The translations under genes were made by a program, and so were the position numbers. Below, piece after piece: positions 58,201 through 64,000 of a stretch of DNA of 64,000 nt. Positions within the stretch are counted from its first letter, which is position 1. Each line of letters begins with the position of its first letter. Below the pieces are notes generated by a model. That model saw nothing but the letters and a program-made list of their open reading frames with translations, was not told the DNA's origin and did not search any database. The stretch spans positions 659,680,001 to 659,744,000 of the forward strand of contig NC_091282.1 of the NCBI RefSeq assembly GCF_032444005.1, given 5' to 3'. Source of the stretch: Ranitomeya imitator (Eukaryota).

Positions 58201-61200
58201 AACAAACAGCAACTGAAAACCACCGCAGTGAAGGCCTAGCAGAGCATCAAAAAGGAGGAAACACAGCGTCTGGTGATGTCCATGAGTTCAAGACTTCAGG
58301 CAGTCATTGCCAACAAAGGGTTTTCAACCAAGTACTAGAAATGAACATTTTATTTAAAATTATTGAATCTGTCCAATTACTTTTGGTCCCTTTAAAAACA
58401 GGGTGGCACATGTTAAGGAGCTGAAACTCCTAAACCCTTCATCCAATTTTAATGTGGATACCCTCAAATGAAAGCTGAAAGTCTGAACTTCAACTGCATC
58501 TGAATTGTTTTGTTTACAATTCATTGTGGCAAAGTCTATAACCAAAATTAGAAAAATGTTGTCTCTGTCCAAATATATATGGACCTAACTGTATGGTGTT
58601 GCTGATATCTCAGTGCAGGGTGTGAGGACTTATGCCCTGACCTCCCTGTTGCTGAATATGACTGCATCTTGCAGTGGGCGTCCTGCAGACAGCGACTTTA
58701 TATCGTACATTGGATTGTGAGCTCTGTGGTCGTCGCTGTCCGTTATCTGTATGTTATTATTCTCCCTTATGATAATCCTTCTGTTATCTTGGGATAAATC
58801 GACAACAGTGCCCCCAGCCCACAATTCTCCTCTCCAGGAGACCCTCTAGATTGCAGTTTATCAAGTGTTTACCTCCTTATCTTCTCTGTGCTGCTTTGCC
58901 ATCGTGTTGTTTCAATTGTATCCATTTTTCATGTGCCGCTACTTTCGGGGTGCAGTAACCCCGCGCCTTTCTTCCCGCAGCTCGCTGATATAGTGATAGA
59001 CAGCCTGTGTCGGGGGGTGTTTGCCGGTGACAGTCGCCAGCTCAGCCTACGCTCCTGCTTCCCTTTCCTATACGAAGCTGAACGTCACAAGAGATCTGTG
59101 GTCCTGGGGATGGTCGCCACTGGAGGTAAGGGCTCACATCGTAGGGGCACCGGACACATCCTACCCTCAGCTTTGCTGCTCATCACGGTCTCTCTATCAT
59201 TGTGACAGATAAGACCCCGCCACTGGACTCGCCACTCATTCATAGGTCGAAGAAGGAGAAGTGGAGCCAGTGGTCGCTCCGAGGGGGCATGCAGACCCTC
59301 TCAGATACCCTCGAGGCCTACATTAAGGATAGAGGTGTGCAGATACACAAGGACACCCCAGTAGAGGCGCTGCATTGGCAGGCGGATGGTGGCTGGCAGG
59401 TATTGGGGTGAAGATGATATCCTGCTTCGCCCCCCGAGGCCTCTGTTTCTCACATCATCTGTAATGTTTCCTTCTAGATCAAGGTTCCTGGTGGCAGCAT
59501 GGCAGCCGATCATGTGATCAGCGCAGTCCCCGCAGCAGGTACCACCTCTCACCACGTAAAAGCAAGGGGGTCCTTGTATCGCAGGTCACATGACTGACTG
59601 TCCCCTATTATGTCTCCTCAGTACTGAGCAAAGTTCTGCCCCTCAATACTGAGCCGATGACAAACACCCTGCGTGAGATGAGCGCCGCCACTGTTGCTGT
59701 GGTAAACCTGGAGTATGACGGAGACGTGCTGCCTGTATCGGTGAGTGACCCAAAAATTGCAGGCTCTGTCCCCCGAGTGTTATTGTTCTTCACCCCTAGT
59801 GTCAGTGTCCTTTATTCTCCGTACTCCCTCCCCTGTGTCAGGATGCTGTATCCTTCAATGTCAGTGTTTGTTATCCTGTACCCCCGAGGGTCATGATGGC
59901 AGACACAGGTGAGACCGCTCACTCATTTCAGCAATGCCAGTTTTTCTCACTAGGATATGGATCCTTTTGCTGTACTCCCAAGGGTCTGAGTTCTTATGTC
60001 CTACCCTTAAGGACCAGATTCCTTCTCTCGTACCCAGGAGGTCCTTCTCTCGGATCTCTGAGGGTCCTGGTCCTTCTGCCTTACTCCCGGTGATCCTTCT
60101 GTACCCCCTGAGCGGCCAGGTCTTTCTTTCTTAGCCCTGAGGGTCCAGGTCCTTCTCTCATAGTTCCGAGGATCCATATCCTTCCCCTGTAGCACCGAGA
60201 ATCCAGGTACTTCTGTTTTACCCCAACTCCTCCGGGGACCATGTCCTTCTCCCTTAGCCCCCACTTCCCCTTCCCAGGGACTGTATCCTTTTACCATAGT
60301 CCCCTAGTGGACAGGTCCTTCTCTCATAGTTCCGAGGATCCGTGTCCTTCCCCCATACCCATGAGGGTCTGGGTCCTTCTCTCATAGTTCCAGGGATCTG
60401 TGTCCTCCTTCCTTAGCCTCGAGGGCCCAGGTCCTTCTCCCATACCGATGCGGGTCTGGGTCTTTCTCTCGCAGTTCTGAGGGTCTGGATCCTATTTCCG
60501 CACCTGGCATCGGCAATACCGGGGCATCGTGAGGATGTGGCATAGAGTTTACTGCAGACTTTGCTTTCAAACCTGAACACAACCCCTTTAACCCTCTGCC
60601 TTTCTCCACTACATTAATTAACCCTTCAGTCTCAATATTGGGGTTCGCTTACTTTCTCTCCCCTCCAGGGTTTCGGACATCTCATTCCCTCCTTTGAAGG
60701 CGACGCCATGTTGGGGATCGTATATGATTCTCTCGCTTTCCCAGAACACAACAGACGAGGCGGCAGCTCCACCAGACTGACGGTAATGGGGGGCAAATCT
60801 CGGGGGGGGGGGGGGGGGGAAGGGATGCGGACACTGCAGAGGACTGTACCCCGAGGCTGACAGTCTAATTACTGCAGTGATAAAACATGGCAGGAAATTG
60901 CAGCCATTACATTATGACCCGACGTCTGGGGGAAAGGGGAGACGTGATCATCAGACAGAGAAGGGCTGTCGTGGAGTGTTTGTTACAGGGTCACAGTACC
61001 TGTTGTCTTCCCTGCAGGTGATGCTTGGGGGTGCCTGGTTTGAGAGCAGCCTGGGTGACCCAGATGCTGTCTCAAAGGAGGTGCTGTTGAGCCTGGCGTC
61101 CACGGCAGCTGCCACCCAGCTGGGAGTGAAGGAGACGCCATGCCGCACCATCGTGACCCTAAACAAGGTAACGGGCCCATTAGATCCTGTCTGTGTACAC

Positions 61201-61569
61201 TAAATCTTCACTGCCCTCTACTTCTCACAGCAGAGCTGCAGTGGCCTTATCACCACTAGGGGGCAGAGCTCCTTTACCATCTGTGGCCTTTTTTCTTCAC
61301 AGAGCTGCATCCCCCAGTACACGCTGGGACACTGGAAGCGAATTGGTAAGGAGTCAAAACTCCCATGTACCCCAATACACCAGTAGGCAGGTTCGTCCTG
61401 CCATCCACTCATTGACCTGTGTCTTCTCTCCTCTGCAGATCATCTCTTCTCCTACATCCGCCAGCACTCTCTGCCCCTCAGTCTTGTTGGCGCGTCCTAC
61501 GAGGGCGTATCGGTTAACGACTGCATCTACAATGCCAGGAAATCCGTCAAGCGCCTGCTGGGATGTTAG
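37146..61569 (+). CDS. ppox: Protoporphyrinogen oxidase, 12 coding exons, 474 aa
   Basis: Exons 37146-37232, 37306-37440, 37559-37674, 37750-37882, 58981-59125, 59209-59399, 59478-59538, 59622-59740, 60669-60782, 61018-61167, 61303-61345, 61439-61569; all GT-AG; 1425 nt in frame; GGGISGL FAD motif, [44 protein letters not shown]. Confidence 0.97.
37306..37440 (+). CDS. ppox: ppox coding exon 2
   Basis: [15 protein letters not shown]...FEHGPRG; /GTGAGA donor. Confidence 0.93.
37559..37674 (+). CDS. ppox: ppox coding exon 3
   Basis: ISELGLE...AAKNRYLYV; /GTGAGT donor. Confidence 0.93.
37750..37882 (+). CDS. ppox: ppox coding exon 4
   Basis: PPFSRPLF...[15 protein letters not shown]; /GTGACA donor. 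Confidence 0.92.
38400..38594. mobile_element. PIF/Harbinger-like MITE, 195 bp
   Basis: TTA TSD; TIR (A/G)GCTGC(T/C)GTCACA / TGTGACGGCAGCC; long internal inverted symmetry. Confidence 0.8.
40518..40712. mobile_element. PIF/Harbinger-like MITE, second copy
   Basis: Near-identical to 38400-38594, TTA TSD, same flanking variant monomers. Confidence 0.8.
41179..41736. mobile_element. Foldback insertion with 15-bp target duplication
   Basis: Arms about 41222-41351 / 41612-41737; GCAGTGTTATAGTAG on both sides (41164-78, 41737-51). Confidence 0.75.
44072..44650 (+). CDS. L1-type ORF1 protein (RRM and CTD), 192 aa from first ATG; frame open from 43880
   Basis: [49 protein letters not shown] motifs typical of L1 ORF1p. 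Confidence 0.75.
   Translation: MSSALLDSMQRDIDSLKRNLATLEDHRRRNNVKIRGVPESIKPPHLKNYVHKMISKFFPDLNDPNIIERVYRIKRPVYLPSDVPRDIIVSFFPAWVRGKLFDLSSEKSFLLSPCGHLTFFRDLSKDTLKKRRDFSSITRELRRSHFAYSWSPSSTILVKLLTGTEHIATPEEGMIFLQRHGLNPPRFPTAPT
44944..45975. mobile_element. Insertion with two direct and one inverted about 240-bp repeat (pseudo-LTR-like architecture)
   Basis: Unit at 44944-45190 and 45501-45750, inverted at 45751-45975; 13-bp TSD ATTTTATTTTATG (44931-43, 45976-88). Confidence 0.75.
46511..46549 (-). ncRNA. Minimal type I hammerhead-ribozyme-like motif with U3-A8 core variant
   Basis: Minus strand: CTCC TTGAAAAA GCCACGGTGGC GAAACGTATGTT GGAG = stem I, core, stem II, GAAAC, short stem III, GUU triplet, stem I. 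Activity untested. Confidence 0.55.
47357..49126 (+). mobile_element. 5'-truncated CR1-clade LINE
   Basis: RT ORF plus 3' UTR ending in ACTATGTT-type tail; inserted in the Helitron minisatellite at TACTA microhomology. Confidence 0.9.
47440..49026 (+). CDS. CR1 ORF2 reverse transcriptase (truncated N-terminus, 528 codons open)
   Basis: [59 protein letters not shown]. Confidence 0.88.
   Translation: MENEMLGVIPRNNENPILRVTNLTQEEVRNRLNKIKIDKSPGPDGIHPRVLRELSNVIDKPLFLIFRDSIATGSVPQDWRIANVVPIFKKGSKSEPGNYRPVSLTSIVGKIFEGFLRDVILDYLNENNCLTPYQHGFMRNRSCQTNLISFYEEVSYRLDHGESLDVVYLDFSKAFDTVPHKRLVHKMRMLGLGENVCKWVSNWLSDRKQRVVINGIVSNWVAVTSGVPQGSVLGPVLFNIFINDLVEGLHSKISIFADDTKLCKAVNTREDSLLLQMDLDKLETWAERWQMRFNNDKCKVIHMGRRNQYHHYTLNGKPLGKSDREKDLGILVNDKLTWSSQCQTAAAKANRIMGCIKRGLDTHDESIILPLYKSLVRPHMEYCVQFWAPVLRKDIMELERVQRRATKLIKGMGELQYPDRLAKLGLFSLEKRRLRGDLITMYEYIRGQYKYLAEDLFIPRKVTGTRGHSLRLEERRFFHQHRRGFFTVRAVRIWNCLPEEVVMANSVEGFKRGLDVFLEQNNIVSYNY
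49150..49947. mobile_element. Solo LTR, 798 bp
   Basis: TGTTATGA...TCACAACA termini; CTGCAT duplicated on both sides (49144-49, 49948-53). Confidence 0.75.
50512..52205. repeat. 35-bp minisatellite, right part (interrupted by second Helitron)
   Basis: Same unit as 37940-42129. Confidence 0.9.
50663..51317 (-). mobile_element. Second Helitron, 5'-truncated, opposite orientation
   Basis: Minus strand 3' end CCCGAT-GCGTTAGA-ATCGGG hairpin then CCACCATCTAG followed by T; internal homology to 46960-47350 and 49954-50511. Confidence 0.78.
52850..55200. repeat. About 390-bp tandem repeat (about 6 copies) inside the piggyBac-like element
   Basis: Anchor CCATTTTGGAAACTAGACCC at about 53274, 53670, 54061, 54450, 54838; ORF offsets 393 and 388. 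Confidence 0.9.
55210..56094. repeat. Degenerate (CCCTAA)n-like tract
   Basis: CCCTAA, CCTAAT and CCCCAA variants, interrupted by a MITE and ending at the gap. Confidence 0.8.
55601..56020. mobile_element. PIF/Harbinger-like MITE, 420 bp
   Basis: TIRs GGCTACTTTCACACTTGCGTCG / CGACGTAAGTGTGAAAGAAGCC; flanks TAG/TAA (imperfect TWA TSD). Confidence 0.75.
56095..56261. other. Assembly gap (167 N)
   Basis: Run of n characters. Confidence 1.
57304..58340 (+). pseudogene. Disrupted Tc1 transposase
   Basis: [11 protein letters not shown]..., [21 protein letters not shown]; in-frame TGA at 57808-10, an apparent frameshift near 57980-58020, TAG at 58237-39. Confidence 0.9.
58981..59125 (+). CDS. ppox: ppox coding exon 5
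   Basis: [22 protein letters not shown]; /GTAAGG donor. Confidence 0.93.
59209..59399 (+). CDS. ppox: ppox coding exon 6
   Basis: [15 protein letters not shown]; /GTATTG donor. Confidence 0.93.
59478..59538 (+). CDS. ppox: ppox coding exon 7
   Basis: [10 protein letters not shown]; /GTACCA donor. Confidence 0.9.
59622..59740 (+). CDS. ppox: ppox coding exon 8
   Basis: [16 protein letters not shown]; /GTGAGT donor. Confidence 0.92.
59950..60500. repeat. Degenerate tandem repeat in ppox intron 9
   Basis: Recurring GAGGGTC(C/T)(A/G)GGTCCTTCTCTCATAGTTCC-like motif; period irregular. Confidence 0.6.
60669..60782 (+). CDS. ppox: ppox coding exon 9
   Basis: GFGHLIPS...[12 protein letters not shown]; /GTAATG donor. 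Confidence 0.92.
61018..61167 (+). CDS. ppox: ppox coding exon 10
   Basis: VMLGGAWF...[10 protein letters not shown]; /GTAACG donor. Confidence 0.92.
61303..61345 (+). CDS. ppox: ppox coding exon 11
   Basis: [14 protein letters not shown]; /GTAAGG donor. Confidence 0.92.
61439..61569 (+). CDS. ppox: ppox coding exon 12 (to TAG)
   Basis: [19 protein letters not shown]...LLGC then TAG. Confidence 0.92.
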
Positions 61570-61637
61570 CGGACTACAACTCTCAGCATGCGCAGACCCT
61601 GTGTGTGTAAATCGAGGATCTTTTTTCTATATGTTTT

Positions 61638-61643
61638 ATTAAA
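61638..61643 (+). terminator. Candidate ppox polyadenylation signal (ATTAAA)
   Basis: Variant hexamer about 70 nt after the stop. Confidence 0.4.
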
Positions 61644-62169
61644 TAATGTATAAAGTTTCCACAACTTTATGAAAGTTTCTGAAAACTTTTTAAATGTGTA
61701 ATATGCAGAAATAGTGATGAACCTGGGGCTCTGAAAGTGTAGTGACACTACAACTCTCAGCATGCACTGACAGCTGTAAGGTGGAGAGAACAGCTTTTAG
61801 GTAGTCTTAACCCATGTATGACAATAGGGGAAAACTGGGCAAAAATTTAAAAAAAAAAAACATCTAGATTTAAGTTTTTGAAACTTTGAAAACATTTTAA
61901 AAAGTTTTTACTAGAGAACCACCAGCCTAGTTTTCCTTCTAATTCCCAGCTCTTTTTGGCTTTGCTCAAAAAACACCTGCACGCGCTGGAGACCACGGCC
62001 GCTTAGGTCACAGGGATGCCCATAGAAAGGCAAATTATAGCTAGAAATCACAGACATTTCCCCTTTAAAAATCAAACAACTATGAGCCTGTATTTTTATT
62101 TCTTAAAAGGAATGGGAGGTTTTTGGTTTTCTATTTCATTATATAGAAAAAATGACAATTGATTTCTTA

Positions 62170-63090
62170 ATTCTAGCTCAGTGGTTAGCACTGACACTTT
62201 ACAGTTGTGGTATCCTGGGTTGTAATCCGATCACGAACATGTGAAAGTAGGTCACATCTATTACAGTAGATTTATAAGTGTTCAATCTTCAATACTGCAT
62301 TTTAGAGAAGCTACCACGGTGGCTCAGTGGTTAACATTGATATTTCCTGAGGTCCTGAGTTCAAGTCTTACTAAGGATGACCTCTAAAAAGAGGTCGTCA
62401 TTTACTTTTTGTATTTTTAATGAAGACTTGAATCTGCAATGATTTTTTTATTTGTTTTCGTGGTAGCTCAGTGGTTAGCATTGATATTTCCTGACATTGA
62501 GGTCCAGGGTTCAAATCTCATCAAAGATGGCAACTAAAAGGAGGTCATGTCATTTAGTTCTTATATTCTTAGGAAAGACTGGAACCTGCAATAATTTGAT
62601 GCTTTGTTTCATGGCAACACAGTGGCTCAGTGGTTAGTGCTTACTATATTACAGTGCTGGGGTCTAGTGTTCTTGTCCAACCAACAAAAACTAAGAAGTT
62701 ATTTCTTGAAACACAGTCTTTGATTTTTGAGCTGCTTTTATATAACAGAAATAACATACACCTCACCTCACTGAGCAACACGTTGGCTCAGTGGTTCATA
62801 CTGATGGTTTGCAGAAGTTAGGTCCTGGGTTTAAAGAACATTGAGAACGAAAGCTTAAAAAGTGCAGTTCTTCCTTTAGCATTTTATAGAAGAAACAAAA
62901 AGCACCTGTTTAGACTAGCATGATGGCTCAGTGGTTAGCACTGTATGATGGCTCGATAGTTAGTACTGTTGCTTTGCAGTTTTTTGAATCCTGGATTCAA
63001 ATCCCACCAAGGACGACAACTGCAAGGAGTTTGGTTGGAGTCCCTGGAAGAAACCCACGCAGACACGGGGAAAAAATTCAGTTTCCTCCC
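62170..63090 (+). repeat. Six tandem decayed tRNA-derived SINE heads
   Basis: (G/A)GCTCAGTGGTTAGCA A-box at about 62177, 62322, 62465, 62625, 62786, 62925 with B-box-like GGTTCAAATC downstream. Confidence 0.7.
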
Positions 63091-63384
63091 ACAGCCCAAA
63101 GACATATACTGTATAGAGCGAGGGAAACCATGGCTCCCTATCTCTTTTCTACAGCAGCATCTGAAGTTACCAGCATGGATAATTCGACACCCAAGGAGGT
63201 TCTGCCAATTAAGAATCTGATGAAAATATACAAATTTACAAGAAACGGTCTAGCTGCTTAAAGGAAATCAGAACAAATAAAGCAGGTTTACAGATGAGAA
63301 AGTGGAGATATGGTTTTATACATAGGGACAGGCAGTTGTGTATATTCATGATCCTCTTCTCATGCACAGAAGACATTGTAGTAG

Positions 63385-64000
63385 GTGTAAGCTGATTATT
63401 ATTATAGCGCCATTTACTCCATGGCAATTTACATGTGAGGAGGGGGTGTACATAAAAACAAGGACAATCATCCTGAACAATACAAGTTACGACTTGGACA
63501 GGAGGAGAGAGGACCCTGCCTGCGAGGGCTCACAATCTACAAGGAATGGGTGAGAATACAGTAGGCGAGGGGAGAGCTGGTTGTGAAGTGGTTTGATGGT
63601 TATTGTAGGTTGCAGGCTTGTCGAAAGATGGTCTTCAGGTTCCTTTTGAAGGTTTCCACGGTAGGCGAGAGTCTGATATGTTGTGGTAGAGAGTTCCATA
63701 GTAGAGGTAATCTACGGGAGAAATCTAGTATGTGATTGTGTAAAGTGGGAAGTAGAGAAGGAGATCTTGTGAGGATCGGAAGTTGCGTGCTGGTAGGTAC
63801 CAGGCGCTGGTAGGTACCAGGCGAGGTGACCGATGTATGGAGATGACAGATTGTGGATGGCTTTGTGTGCCATGGTTAGGGTTTTGAACCGGAGTCTCTG
63901 AGTAATGAGGAGCCAGCGAAGGGATTGATAGAAAGGCCAGGGAATAGCGGAGGGATAAGTGGATTAGTCAGGCAGCAGAGTTTAGAATAGATTGGAGGGG
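63385..64000 (-). mobile_element. 3' end of an L2-clade LINE (continues past the window)
   Basis: Minus strand encodes decayed HKAIHNL...LWNSLPQHIRLSPTVETFKRNLKT, typical of L2 ORF2 C-termini. Confidence 0.7.

Larger units (their letters stand above)
52310..58591 (+). mobile_element. Tc1-family transposon (about 1645 bp net), left TIR split by piggyBac-like insertion
   Basis: TA TSDs 52308-09 and 58592-93; CAGTTAGGTCC termini; left TIR resumes at 57025 and matches right TIR about 58370-58591. Confidence 0.92.

Noticed and set aside
61573-61765. Two ACTACAACTCTCAGCATGC motifs resembling the ZNF143/THAP11 site
   Set aside because: TCTCAG instead of TCCCAG, located 3' of the gene, and more likely remnants of a short dispersed repeat.
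62170-63000. tRNA genes
   Set aside because: A and B boxes are present but there is no cloverleaf or acceptor stem; SINE-derived.

Overview
Vertebrate genomic DNA, most likely an anuran amphibian (inferred from the repeat families, not proven). It holds parts of four protein-coding genes, called by eye from remembered orthologue sequences. (1) The first 9-codon exon of a probable cfap126/Flattop gene (minus strand), head-to-head with (2) a complete 8-exon eif3f (plus, 281 aa). (3) An intronless-CDS XCR1-like chemokine receptor (minus), preceded by five decayed tandem copies of its own TM1-TM3 coding segment. (4) A complete ppox (plus, 12 coding exons, 474 aa) with an 11-kb and a 21-kb intron. 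Most of the rest is tandem repeat (30, 30, 33-34, 76, 41, about 34-38, 35 and about 390 bp units) and transposons. These include an open-ORF Tc1, a decayed Tc1 split by a piggyBac-like element, and a Helitron carrying nested insertions (an ORF1-only L1, a CR1 RT and a solo LTR), plus MITEs, SINE heads and an L2 end. Most novel: short foldback insertions with 13-15 bp target duplications, one of which carries a minimal hammerhead-ribozyme-like motif with a compensatory U3-A8 core. No CRISPR, rRNA or true tRNA genes were found. Most ORFs in the supplied track are repeat artefacts.
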